Below, in pieces: positions 1 through 8,959 of a stretch of DNA of 35,947 bases. Every line of letters begins with the position of its first letter. Positions within the stretch are counted from its first letter, which is position 1. The notes beneath the pieces were generated by a model. That model saw only the letters and a program-made list of their open reading frames with translations. It was not told where the DNA came from and ran no database searches. The stretch lies in the NCBI GenBank assembly GCA_004376075.1, contig SOJQ01000083.1, positions 1 to 35,947 on the forward strand, read 5' to 3'. The DNA comes from Dehalococcoidia bacterium (GTDB lineage Bacteria > Chloroflexota > Dehalococcoidia > E44-bin15). A program made the translations under genes and the position numbers.

Positions 1-183
1 ACTCCCACCCCCTCTGTTTCCCCGACCCCTACGCCTACACCGACACCCACGCCGACGCCGACACCTCAGCTACCAGCGGAGACTCCCCCCTCCCCCGGAA
101 TGGGCTTGCGCGCTGTTCTTATCATACTAGCGATAGCTTCCTTTGGAATTGTTCTCTTGCTTAGAAGGTGGCGAAGAGGCTAA
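1..183 (+). CDS. 3' end (partial) of an upstream gene: Pro/Thr-rich linker, then a C-terminal hydrophobic helix and a basic tail, as in a surface or secreted protein anchor
   Basis: Frame 1 is open from base 1 to TAA at 181-183. It reads TPTPSVSPTPTPTPTPTPTPTPTPQLPAETPPSPGMGLRAVLIILAIASFGIVLLLRRWRRG*. A (PT)n linker, a roughly 20-residue hydrophobic segment and RRWRRG is the layout of C-terminal membrane-anchor or sorting signals. It is absent from the ORF track because its start lies outside the window. Confidence 0.5.
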   Translation, partial: TPTPSVSPTPTPTPTPTPTPTPQLPAETPPSPGMGLRAVLIILAIASFGIVLLLRRWRRG

Positions 184-229
184 AATAATTGCCTTGCGCC
201 TCTGCCTAAGATATAATTTAGGCAAGGCA

Positions 230-898
230 ATGCCAAAGCCATCGATGATCGCTATAGATGGGCCGGTTGCTTCGGGGAAAAGCACCATTGGCAGGCTTCT
301 GGCCCAGAGGCTGGGATACCGCTTTGTGGATACGGGAGCGATGTATCGGGCTTTGACCTGGAGGGCGATAAAGCTCAGCATCGATCTTGAGGACGAAGGG
401 GAGCTCAGCCGACTTGCTGCTAGCACCAAGATCGAGTTCGCACCGCCTGAGGACTATAGTTCTGTTTTTGTCGATGGTCATGATGTTACCAGGGAGATCC
501 AGGATTGGGAGGTAGAGGCTGGCGTCTCCTTGGTAGCAAGGGTGGCAGGGGTTCGAAAGGTGCTCGTGGAACAGCAGCGGGGTTTGGCGCAAAAGGGCAA
601 AATCGTTATGGCAGGGCGGGACATCGGCACCACGGTATTGCCTCACGCTGAACTAAAGGTCTATCTTGTCGCTTCCTTTGAGGAGAGGGCGCGGCGGCGC
701 TACCAGGAGCTGGTGGAACGCGGTGAGGCAGCGGATTATGAGGCCATCCTCGCCGATCTAATAAGGAGGGACGAGATCGACAGCGAGCGTTCTGTTTCCC
801 CGCTACGGCCCGCTCCAGAGGCAAGGATTATCGATACCGATGGTCTTAGCGCTGATCAGGTGCTATCTGAGATCCTGAGCATGATGGGGGAAGGCTAA
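230..898 (+). CDS. cmk: Cytidylate kinase
   Basis: The sequence MPKPSMIAIDGPVASGKSTIGRLLAQRLGYRFVDTGAMYRALTW contains the P-loop GPxASGKST and the typical Cmk N-terminus. I chose the ATG at 230 because the ORF-track start at 143 would overlap the upstream gene that ends at 183. The stop overlaps the plsC start (TAATG). Confidence 0.9.
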   Translation: MPKPSMIAIDGPVASGKSTIGRLLAQRLGYRFVDTGAMYRALTWRAIKLSIDLEDEGELSRLAASTKIEFAPPEDYSSVFVDGHDVTREIQDWEVEAGVSLVARVAGVRKVLVEQQRGLAQKGKIVMAGRDIGTTVLPHAELKVYLVASFEERARRRYQELVERGEAADYEAILADLIRRDEIDSERSVSPLRPAPEARIIDTDGLSADQVLSEILSMMGEG

Positions 899-1569
899 TG
901 GCTCTCTCATACTATTTCGAAAGGATGATTGCCAGGATCTTGTTCACCCTTTTTGCCCGGCGGCGGGTCAGGGGGAGGGAAAACATCCCTGATCGGGGTC
1001 CTTTGATCGTGGTTGCCAATCATGTTAGTCTTGCCGATCCTCCGCTGCTCAGCCTCTGCATGCGGCGGAGGATCGTCTTCATGGCCAAGGAGGAGGTCTT
1101 TAAGCATCCCTTGGAAGGTCCTCTGGCGCGTGGTTACAAGGCTTTTCCGGTGCGCGGGGGGCGACTGGATAGGGAGGCCTTGCGTCAGTCGCAGCGGGTA
1201 TTGGAGGAGGGGCTGGCATTAGGGATGTTTCCTGAGGGAACGAGGAGCCGCACCGCTCAATTGCAGCAGGGTTACTCGGGGACCTCTCTTCTCGCCTTAC
1301 GCTGTGGTGCTCCCATCCTCCCCGTGGGGATCGCAGGGACGGAAAGGATAAAGGGCATAACTTTCCTGCTTCGCCGCCCTACCATAACGGTGAACATTGG
1401 TGAGCCCTTCAAACTCCCCCCCTTTGATGGCAGGCTGACCAGGTCTCAATTAGACTCTGCCACCGACTTAATCATGGGGCGTATCGCTGAGCTTCTCCCG
1501 GAAAGCTACCGAGGGGTATATGGAGGAGATAAAGAAAGCGCCCTTGAGGAGGGTGGGATTGGAGATTGA
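898..1569 (+). CDS. plsC: 1-acyl-sn-glycerol-3-phosphate acyltransferase
   Basis: It carries the acyltransferase motifs NHVSLAD (H-x4-D) and FPEGTRS. The cmk-plsC order is common in bacteria. Confidence 0.85.
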   Translation: MALSYYFERMIARILFTLFARRRVRGRENIPDRGPLIVVANHVSLADPPLLSLCMRRRIVFMAKEEVFKHPLEGPLARGYKAFPVRGGRLDREALRQSQRVLEEGLALGMFPEGTRSRTAQLQQGYSGTSLLALRCGAPILPVGIAGTERIKGITFLLRRPTITVNIGEPFKLPPFDGRLTRSQLDSATDLIMGRIAELLPESYRGVYGGDKESALEEGGIGD

Positions 1570-2401
1570 AAAGGCTGCCGAGCTAGGGTTTTGCACCGGG
1601 GTGAGGCGGGCGATCGATATCTTGGAGCGGGCAGCCAGGGAAATTGGCCCGCTCCAGACCCTGGGACCGGTAGTTCATAACCAGCAGGTAGTGGAGGGTC
1701 TCGCTCGATCCGGCATCAAGGCAGTAGAGAGCTTGGACCATCTTCAGGGGAATATCCTGGCGATCAGCTCCCACGGGGTGAGCCCCCAGGTGCTGGAGCA
1801 GATAAGGGATCGCGGGCTTCAAATAGTAGATACCACCTGCCCCTTTGTTCGCAGGGCCCAGGTCGCCGCAAGGAGATTGGCTCAGGCAGGTTTTCTTGTG
1901 ATCGTTTTTGGTGAGGAGAGTCATCCTGAGGTGCAGGGTGTACTAGGTTGGGCTGAGGGGAAAGGCCTTGCTACCCTCGAGCCTCCTAGATTTGATAAGA
2001 TGCCGCGGCGAATCGGCATAATTTCCCAAACCACACAGAGCTACTCTGGCTTTGCTCGCTTCGTAGCCTCATTTATCGGTTCCGATCTCGCCACCCTCTC
2101 AGAGCTACGGGTAGTTAACACCATATGTGATGCGACGAGGGAACGTCAGCAGGCAGCCCTTGAGCTGGCAAGCAGGGTAGACCTGATAGTGGTGGTTGGT
2201 GGGCGTAACAGTGCCAATAGCCGTGGCCTTGCCGAAATATGCGCCGCCGCTGGTGTAGAGACCTATCATATTGAAAGGGCCGGGGAGATCGATCCTGCTT
2301 GGCTTCGCAATCACCGCCGCGTTGGGGTGACCGCAGGAGCCTCCACTCCAGACCAGGCCATCGAGGAGGTGATCGCCAAACTCAAGCATCTAGACCGATA
2401 G
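1520..2401 (+). CDS. ispH: 4-hydroxy-3-methylbut-2-enyl diphosphate reductase (IspH/LytB)
   Basis: The three conserved Fe-S cysteine contexts are present (GFCTGV, TTCPFV, NTICDAT), along with VVGGRNSANS. The start is uncertain. ATG 1520 overlaps plsC by 50 nt, while TTG 1559 lies 7 nt after a GAGGAGG Shine-Dalgarno and matches the usual IspH N-terminus better. Confidence 0.9.
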   Translation: MEEIKKAPLRRVGLEIEKAAELGFCTGVRRAIDILERAAREIGPLQTLGPVVHNQQVVEGLARSGIKAVESLDHLQGNILAISSHGVSPQVLEQIRDRGLQIVDTTCPFVRRAQVAARRLAQAGFLVIVFGEESHPEVQGVLGWAEGKGLATLEPPRFDKMPRRIGIISQTTQSYSGFARFVASFIGSDLATLSELRVVNTICDATRERQQAALELASRVDLIVVVGGRNSANSRGLAEICAAAGVETYHIERAGEIDPAWLRNHRRVGVTAGASTPDQAIEEVIAKLKHLDR

Positions 2402-2415
2402 AGCTGGAGGAAATC

Positions 2416-2610
2416 ATGCAGGAGAGGTTTGGCATCTATCTTAACACTAAAGAGCTAAAGGTGGCGCGGATCAATTCTCCCTACTGGATCCCTTCGGAAC
2501 CTGATTGGGTCTTCCTTACCCCCGAGGTTAATATGACCCTTTTGAAGATCCGCGACCTCGCCCGCGAGAAGAGGCTCGTTGGCGAGCCTGAAAAGATCGT
2601 CTGGACCTAG
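2416..2610 (+). CDS. Small hypothetical protein (64 aa)
   Basis: ATG 2416 is preceded by GGAGG (2406-2410). The product MQERFGIYLNTKELKVARINSPYWIPSEPDWVFLTPEVNMTLLKIRDLAREKRLVGEPEKIVWT has an ordinary composition, but I do not recognise a family. Confidence 0.4.
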   Translation: MQERFGIYLNTKELKVARINSPYWIPSEPDWVFLTPEVNMTLLKIRDLAREKRLVGEPEKIVWT

Positions 2611-2671
2611 ATCGCTAACATTTTGATTTTTGGAGGGGTTACCTTAAGAGGCTTGGGAAAAGCCTAAAGGT

Positions 2672-2699
2672 TTGAAAAAGGGCCTTCGCGTGGTATAAT
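2672..2699 (+). promoter_or_regulatory. Putative sigma70-type promoter for the pps-remnant/ppdK unit
   Basis: The elements are TTGAAA (2672-2677), a 16-nt spacer and TATAAT (2694-2699), with a TGg extended -10 immediately upstream. It sits in the 115-nt gap before the next ORF. This is a sequence match only. Confidence 0.4.
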
Positions 2700-2749
2700 T
2701 AGGGATTACTAAGACTATAAATAGCTTGACCGAGGAGAGGATCGTTGCC

Positions 2750-3256
2750 ATGGATGAGGAGCGGAGGGTTGTCTGGTTTGAAGATGTAGGCAAGGAGGAT
2801 ATCTCCTTGGTCGGTGCCAAAGGGGCAAACCTAGGGGAGATGACTAAGGCTCATATTCCAGTGCCCCCTGGTTTCATCCTTACTGCTCAAAGCTATTTCT
2901 ATTTTTTTGAAAAGTCCAATCTCAGCGGCGAAATTCGCACTCTTGTCTCCTCTTTAGACCCCAATGATAGTGGGGAGCTGCAAAGGGTTGCCTCAAAAAT
3001 CAAGGAGGCAATTAATAGTTCTCCCATGCCCAAAGAGATCGCTCAAGAGATAGGGGAAGCTTACCGGAAAATGGGTGCTGGCTTGGTTGCGGTGCGTTCC
3101 TCAGCCACCACCGACTACCCAGAGCTCACCGAAAAGCTCGTTGAATGGGGGATCACATCGGTCTCGGTGATTCCTGATGACATCGAGCGGACCAGAGAGC
3201 TCATCGCCAGGGTTGAGGGGAGATTAGCCAGACCTTCCCTTTGGAGGCGTTCATGA
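2750..3256 (+). pseudogene. Internally deleted PEP synthase (PpsA-like; pyruvate, water dikinase) remnant, still an intact 168-codon ORF
   Basis: The N-terminal ~125 aa look like the PpsA ATP-grasp start (VGAKGANLGEM...PVPPGF...VAVRSSATT). This runs straight into a PpsA C-terminal tail (DYPELTEKLVEWGITSVSVIPDDIERTRELIARVE). The swivel phospho-His domain and almost all of the TIM barrel are absent. ATG 2750 follows GAGGAGAGG. The stop TGA 3254-3256 overlaps the ppdK ATG 3253 (ATGA). Confidence 0.6.
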
Positions 3257-6048
3257 GGATAGAGGCAAAAAAGTGGGTCTATTTTTTCTCCGAGGGAAAC
3301 GCCGGCATGACCGACCTGCTGGGTGGAAAGGGTGCCCATCTTGCTGAGATGGCGAACGTGGGGTTTCCCGTGCCACCGGGATTCGTTATTTCTACTGAGG
3401 CATGCAACGAGTACTACGCCGCAGGCGAAGAATTCCCCCCAGCCCTCTGGGACCAGGTACTGGAGGCGCTGCGAAGGATGGAGAAGGAGACGGGCAAGAG
3501 GTTCGGTGATCCAAGGAACCCGCTCCTGGTTTCGGCCCGCTCCGGGGGTAAGGTCTCCATGCCAGGCATGATGGAAACCGTGCTCAATCTTGGCCTCAAT
3601 GAAGAGCCGGTGAGGGGGCTGGGTGATGTGACGGGCACTGAGCGTTTTGCCTATGACCCCTACCGTCGTTTTATCGGGATGTTCGGGAGGACGGTGCTGG
3701 GCATAGATTCCTCCCATTTCGAGGCGGTCCTGGAGCAATTCAAACTCAAGGCTGGCGCCCGGCTCGATGCCGACCTAGGCTCCGAGGACCTTAAAGCGAT
3801 CGTCTCGGAGTCAAAGAGGCTGGTTAAGGCGGAGACAGGCAAGGAATTCCCCGACGATCCCTTAGAGCAATTGAGATTATCGATAGAGGCGGTGTTTGAG
3901 AGCTGGAACGGTAGGCGTGCCATCAACTACCGAAACTTCCACAAGATTCCCCATGACCTGGGCACTGCGGTTAGCATTATGGCGATGGTTTTTGGCAACA
4001 TGGGCGACGATAGCGGCGCCGGGGTGGCCTTTACCCGCGATCCTGCCACAGGGGATAAAACCCTCTATGGGGAATATCTGGCAAATGCCCAGGGCGAGGA
4101 TGTGGTAGCGGGGATCCGCACTCCCCAAAAGGTCGAACTTCTTCAACTGGAGATGCCTGAGGTTTATCAGGAATTGGTGGATATCTCAGATCGCCTGGAA
4201 ACCCACTATCGCGATGTTCAGGATATAGAGTTCACCGTGGAACGGGGCAAGCTATATATATTGCAGACCAGAACTGCCAAGCGCACCGCAAAGGCAGCGG
4301 TGAAGGCTGCGGTGGATATGGTGAAGGAGGGTCTTATCACCAAGGAGGAGGCTCTAAAGCGCATTGAACCCGGCGAGCTCCTCTACTCTCTGTTCCCCAG
4401 GTTCGATGAAGGGGCGAAGGAAGAGGCCAGAAGCCAGGGTGACCTGCTGGCTAGGGGGTTGAATGCCTCCCCGGGGGCAGCGACAGGAAAGGCGGTTTTT
4501 GATGCTGACAGGGCGGAACAGTTAGGTTCCAGGGGGGAGAGCATCATATTGGTTCGCCCCGAGACCAGTGCTGAAGATGTCCATGGTATGTTGGTGGCAG
4601 CGGGCATCCTGACGGCGCGGGGCGGTGTGACAAGCCATGCCGCGGTTGTTGCCCGTGGTCTGGGTAAGCCCTGTGTTGCCGGTTGCGAAGAGCTGAGGAT
4701 CGATCTTGAAAGGCGCTACCTCACTGCCGGTGGCAGGGTCATTGAGGAGAATGAAGAGATAAGCATAGACGGCAGCACCGGCGAGGTCTTCGCCGGGCGT
4801 ATCCCAACCATCGTGCCCAAGTTGTCGGAGGAGAGCGATTTGATAGCGCTTCTGGGCTGGGCCGATGAGGTGAGGAGGCTGGGTGTTTGGGCCAATGCCG
4901 ATTACCCCAGCGATGCTGCCCGGGCCCTTGAGTTTGGAGCGGAGGGCATCGGGCTTTGTCGCACCGAGCACATGTTCTTTGAGGAGGAGCGCCTCCCCAT
5001 CGTCCAGAAGATGATCCTGTCAGCGGCCGAGGCGACTGCTCTTCAAAACGAATTGATCCGTTTGCAAGAAGAAAAGGATAGGCGGGGGAAGCTAGAGGAG
5101 AGGCTAGCCGAGGTGCAAAGGAGATATGATACCTCAGCCGCAGCAGCGGACTACCGCAGCGCCCTGGCTGAGCTGATGAGATTTCAAAGGGAGGACTTCA
5201 AGGGCATCTTCAGGGTGATGGCTGGTAAGCCTGTGGTTATCAGACTCGTCGACCCCCCGCTCCATGAATTCTTGCCCAGTTATGAGAGGGTGCTGGTAGA
5301 AACCACTGAATTTCGCATTAGGGGCAATGACCCAGTCAAGCTGGCGGAGAGCGAAAATTTGCTCCGCGCTATCGAGAGCATGCGTGAGACAAACCCTATG
5401 CTTGGGCTGCGCGGCTGTCGGCTAGGCTTGATGTTCGGCGATATCTACGAGATGCAGGTGCGCGCCATCTTAACCGCCGCCTGCGGGTTGGCAAAAGAGG
5501 GCATCGATGTTCGCCCTAAGATAATGATCCCCCTTGTCGGTCACCCAAACGAGATGAGGGTTCTTCGGGAAAAAGTGGAGAAAGTAGCGAGGGAGGTTGA
5601 GGCGGAGATGGGCACGATGGTTGATTACAAAATCGGCGTCATGATCGAGCTCCCCCGCGCTGCCCTCACCGCTGATGAGATCGCCCACTATGCCGAGTTC
5701 TTCAGCTTTGGCACCAACGACCTGACACAGACTACCTTCGGCTTCAGCAGGGACGATGCCGAGGGCAAATTCCTTTTGCAATATGTAGAAAGGGGGATCT
5801 TACCTGAGAACCCGTTTCAGGTGCTTGACCGCGACGGTGTGGGAAGGTTGATTAAGGTCGCAGTGGAATTAGGTCGCAAGACCAGGCCAGATATAGAGCT
5901 GGGCATCTGTGGTGAGCATGGCGGGGATCCATCGAGCATCCATTTCTGCCATCAAGTGGGGTTGGACTACGTGAGCTGCTCCCCCTTCCGAGTACCCATT
6001 GCTCGCCTTGCCGCGGCCCAGGCAGCACTGTCGGCAGGGGAGGGGTAG
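3253..6048 (+). CDS. ppdK: Pyruvate, phosphate dikinase
   Basis: Matching segments are MRIEAKKWVYFFSEGNAGMTDLLGGKGAHLAEM, SARSGGKVSMPGMMETVLNLG, the catalytic-His motif GGVTSHAAVVARGLGKPCV, and the C-terminal CGEHGGDPSSIHFCHQVGLDYVSCSPFRVPIARLAAAQAAL. The start at 3253 lies 5 nt after GGAGG (3243-3247). Confidence 0.95.
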   Translation: MRIEAKKWVYFFSEGNAGMTDLLGGKGAHLAEMANVGFPVPPGFVISTEACNEYYAAGEEFPPALWDQVLEALRRMEKETGKRFGDPRNPLLVSARSGGKVSMPGMMETVLNLGLNEEPVRGLGDVTGTERFAYDPYRRFIGMFGRTVLGIDSSHFEAVLEQFKLKAGARLDADLGSEDLKAIVSESKRLVKAETGKEFPDDPLEQLRLSIEAVFESWNGRRAINYRNFHKIPHDLGTAVSIMAMVFGNMGDDSGAGVAFTRDPATGDKTLYGEYLANAQGEDVVAGIRTPQKVELLQLEMPEVYQELVDISDRLETHYRDVQDIEFTVERGKLYILQTRTAKRTAKAAVKAAVDMVKEGLITKEEALKRIEPGELLYSLFPRFDEGAKEEARSQGDLLARGLNASPGAATGKAVFDADRAEQLGSRGESIILVRPETSAEDVHGMLVAAGILTARGGVTSHAAVVARGLGKPCVAGCEELRIDLERRYLTAGGRVIEENEEISIDGSTGEVFAGRIPTIVPKLSEESDLIALLGWADEVRRLGVWANADYPSDAARALEFGAEGIGLCRTEHMFFEEERLPIVQKMILSAAEATALQNELIRLQEEKDRRGKLEERLAEVQRRYDTSAAAADYRSALAELMRFQREDFKGIFRVMAGKPVVIRLVDPPLHEFLPSYERVLVETTEFRIRGNDPVKLAESENLLRAIESMRETNPMLGLRGCRLGLMFGDIYEMQVRAILTAACGLAKEGIDVRPKIMIPLVGHPNEMRVLREKVEKVAREVEAEMGTMVDYKIGVMIELPRAALTADEIAHYAEFFSFGTNDLTQTTFGFSRDDAEGKFLLQYVERGILPENPFQVLDRDGVGRLIKVAVELGRKTRPDIELGICGEHGGDPSSIHFCHQVGLDYVSCSPFRVPIARLAAAQAALSAGEG

Positions 6049-6063
6049 AGGGCCCTTCAATCG

Positions 6064-7110
6064 ATGATGCTTATGGTTCACTATGAGATACGGCAGCGAC
6101 TGGAGGAAAGGGAGGAGAGCCTTTCCCCTTATGCCATGAGGAGCAGGTATGCACAAAGGGAGCGCCCGGAAGAGCCCTGCCCGATGCGCACCGCCTTCCA
6201 GAGAGACCGCGACCGTATTATCCATTCTAAAGCTTTTCGACGGCTCAAGCACAAAACCCAGGTCTTTATCGCTCCGACCAGTGACCATTATCGGACACGG
6301 CTGACCCATACCTTGGAGGTATCGCAGATCGCTCTCTCTATAGCGCGGGCTCTAAACCTAACTGAGGACCTAGCCGAGGCCATCTCCCTGGGTCACGATC
6401 TGGGGCACCCCCCATTTGGTCATGCGGGCGAGGAGATCCTCGATGAATTGTACCCCCAGGGCTTCACTCACGCTCAGCAAAGCCTGAGGGTGGTCCAGTA
6501 TTTGGAAAAGGATGGTCAGGGGCTCAACCTCACCTGGGAAGTGCGCGATGGAATCCTGAAACATTCGAAGCCCCGCGCAGACATCTTTTCCGAAGAAGGT
6601 GGCATTGCTGACACTTTGGAGGGCCAAATATGCAAATTGGCCGATGCTGTTGCTTACATCAACCATGACATTGACGATGCTATAAGAGCCGAAATCATCG
6701 CGGAAGATAGCATACCTATGGAGATTAGGAGAGTTCTTGGGACCTCCCATCGGGAACGGATTAATACCCTAGTCTGTGACATTATCAACCATTCCTGGGC
6801 AGCGAGTGGCGCTTGTGATGGCGCTCAGAGACCGCTTATCAGCATGAGCCATGAGATTTCAGAGGCAGTAAATAGCCTGCGTAGTTTCCTTTTCAATACT
6901 GTATATCTTGCCCCCTCGATGGTAGAGAGAAAGGAGAAAGGGAAGCGAATTCTCCGAATGCTTTATGAATATTATTGTGAAAATCCAGACAAGCTTGAGC
7001 CAAAATACTTACCACTAATAGGCGAAGTCGAACGCACGGTGCTTGATTACATTTCAGGCATGACCGATCGGTTTGCATTACAGCATTTTGAAGACTTGTA
7101 TTTGCCTTAG
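6064..7110 (+). CDS. dgt: dGTP triphosphohydrolase-like HD-domain protein
   Basis: It has FQRDRDRIIHSKAFRRLKHKTQVF, DHYRTRLTHTLEVSQIA and GHDLGHPPFGH (HD motif). It lies upstream of dnaG-rpoD, as in many bacteria. Confidence 0.85.
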   Translation: MMLMVHYEIRQRLEEREESLSPYAMRSRYAQRERPEEPCPMRTAFQRDRDRIIHSKAFRRLKHKTQVFIAPTSDHYRTRLTHTLEVSQIALSIARALNLTEDLAEAISLGHDLGHPPFGHAGEEILDELYPQGFTHAQQSLRVVQYLEKDGQGLNLTWEVRDGILKHSKPRADIFSEEGGIADTLEGQICKLADAVAYINHDIDDAIRAEIIAEDSIPMEIRRVLGTSHRERINTLVCDIINHSWAASGACDGAQRPLISMSHEISEAVNSLRSFLFNTVYLAPSMVERKEKGKRILRMLYEYYCENPDKLEPKYLPLIGEVERTVLDYISGMTDRFALQHFEDLYLP

Positions 7111-7120
7111 TTAAGGGATT

Positions 7121-8959
7121 GTGACCATGAGCGTTATCGATGAGATAAAACAGAGGCTGGATATTGTAGATGTGGTCTCCGACTATGTGGCCCTGAAAAA
7201 ATCGGGGCGTAACTTTAAGGCACTATGTCCCTTTCACCAGGAGAAGACCCCCTCCTTCTTCGTCTTCCCCGAGAGGGGGAGCTGGCACTGCTTCGGCAGT
7301 TGTGGCAGCGGCGGCGACATGTTCTCCTTTGTGATGAAAAAGGAGGGTATGGACTTTGGCGAGGCGCTCAGGCTCCTCGCCGATAGGGCGGGGGTAACCC
7401 TGATGCCGAAAGGGAAGGAGAGGGCCGAGGATAAACAGATCGAAGGGCTCTATCAGATAAACGAGGCTGCGGCTCATTATTACCATCATCTCCTCTTAAA
7501 TGCAAAAGCCGCTGAGATGGCGCGAAGCCATCTCAGCGGGCGGGGCGTCTCCCAGGAGATAATGGAAAGCTTCCAACTGGGCTTCAGCCCTGATAGCTGG
7601 GACGCCCTGCGCCAGCACCTCCTAGACAAGGGCTATGGGGAGGATGAGCTGATGGCGGCGGGCCTGGTCATCAAAAAAGAGGGTGGGGGAAGCCGTGACC
7701 TATTTCGAAATCGTCTCATGATTCCGATAAGGAATGATGGGGGGAGGGTTGCTGGCTTTGGCGCCCGCGCCCTCGATGATACCATCCCCAAATACCTCAA
7801 CTCACCCCAGACGGCGATCTTCGACAAGAGCGGCATCCTTTACGGCATCGACCGAGCCAAGGGGGCGATCAGGGAGCGGGGTTTGGCGATAATTGTGGAA
7901 GGCTATATGGATGTCCTCGCCGCCCACCAATGTGGCATGGCAAACGTGGTTGCCTCTATGGGCACCTCCCTTACCCAGAAACAGGTAGCAATTATTAAGA
8001 GGCTGACCAAAAACCTGACCCTGGCCCTGGATGCCGACGCCGCCGGGGATGAGGCGACCCTTCGCGGTCTTGAGCTTGCAAGGCAGGCCTTCAGCGAGAG
8101 GCTCACCTCAATGCCCGACTGGCTAGGGGGGACCTCTAAGCTTAGAGGGAACCTAAGAATTATCCTCCTGCCCAGGGGTAAAGACCCCGATGAGGTGATC
8201 AGGGAGGACCCCGAGGCCTGGCAAAGGCTGGTTGATGAAGCCTCGCCTCTGGTGGACTACTTCTTTAAGGCGGTTACCTCAAGATTGGACCTGACCAAAG
8301 AGGAGGACAAAGCGGTTGCTGCGGAGCAGCTCTTGCCCCTCATTTCGGAAATAGAGGATGGTGTGGAGCGGGCGCTTTATTTGAAAAGGCTCGCTGGCCT
8401 GGTGGGGGTGGATGAGAAAGCCCTGCGGGATCAATGGGCTGAGCGGCGACGTACAAAGAGGGAAAAGGCCGGGCAGAAGGTATCTCTTCCCTCAGACAGT
8501 TCAATGCGCCATCCCCTGGAGGAATACTGCCTCTCCCTGCTACTTCAGCACCCGGAGCTGAGGAGCAAGGGCAGCGAGCTTTTGCCCGACTATTTCGAAG
8601 GTACGGAAAACCGTGAGCTTTTCCTTGCCTGGCGCCACTGCCCCAGTGTGGAGATGCTCCACCAGAGCCTTGATGCTAACCTTCATGAGCATCTCGACTC
8701 CTTGATGAAAAGGGTGCTTCCCCCTGCCAGCGAGAGGGAACATGAGACCGCCCTCGCTGATTGCCTTCGGCGCTTGGGGGAGCAAAGGTTGAGAAGGCTG
8801 AAGGCGCTGGAGGAGATGCTGATTTCTGAGGCGGAGTCTGAGGGCGATAAAAACCTAATAAAAGAACCGGTGGAAACGCTACTTCAAAAGGCATTAGAAC
8901 CAAGTACCCAGCTAAAAGACGTGTTCGAAAAAGGAAAGAGGAGAGGAGCGCAACAATGA
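7121..8959 (+). CDS. dnaG: DNA primase
   Basis: It has the zinc-finger region [31 protein letters not shown] and the TOPRIM segment [10 protein letters not shown]...[10 protein letters not shown]. The start is GTG 7121 or ATG 7127. The stop overlaps the rpoD start (ATGA). Confidence 0.92.
   Translation: MTMSVIDEIKQRLDIVDVVSDYVALKKSGRNFKALCPFHQEKTPSFFVFPERGSWHCFGSCGSGGDMFSFVMKKEGMDFGEALRLLADRAGVTLMPKGKERAEDKQIEGLYQINEAAAHYYHHLLLNAKAAEMARSHLSGRGVSQEIMESFQLGFSPDSWDALRQHLLDKGYGEDELMAAGLVIKKEGGGSRDLFRNRLMIPIRNDGGRVAGFGARALDDTIPKYLNSPQTAIFDKSGILYGIDRAKGAIRERGLAIIVEGYMDVLAAHQCGMANVVASMGTSLTQKQVAIIKRLTKNLTLALDADAAGDEATLRGLELARQAFSERLTSMPDWLGGTSKLRGNLRIILLPRGKDPDEVIREDPEAWQRLVDEASPLVDYFFKAVTSRLDLTKEEDKAVAAEQLLPLISEIEDGVERALYLKRLAGLVGVDEKALRDQWAERRRTKREKAGQKVSLPSDSSMRHPLEEYCLSLLLQHPELRSKGSELLPDYFEGTENRELFLAWRHCPSVEMLHQSLDANLHEHLDSLMKRVLPPASEREHETALADCLRRLGEQRLRRLKALEEMLISEAESEGDKNLIKEPVETLLQKALEPSTQLKDVFEKGKRRGAQQ

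Noticed and set aside
143-229. N-terminal extension of the cmk ORF (ORF-track start at 143)
   Set aside because: It overlaps the real end of the upstream frame-1 gene (stop at 181-183). The residues MELFSCLEGGEE... are not Cmk-like. The canonical Cmk N-terminus begins at ATG 230.
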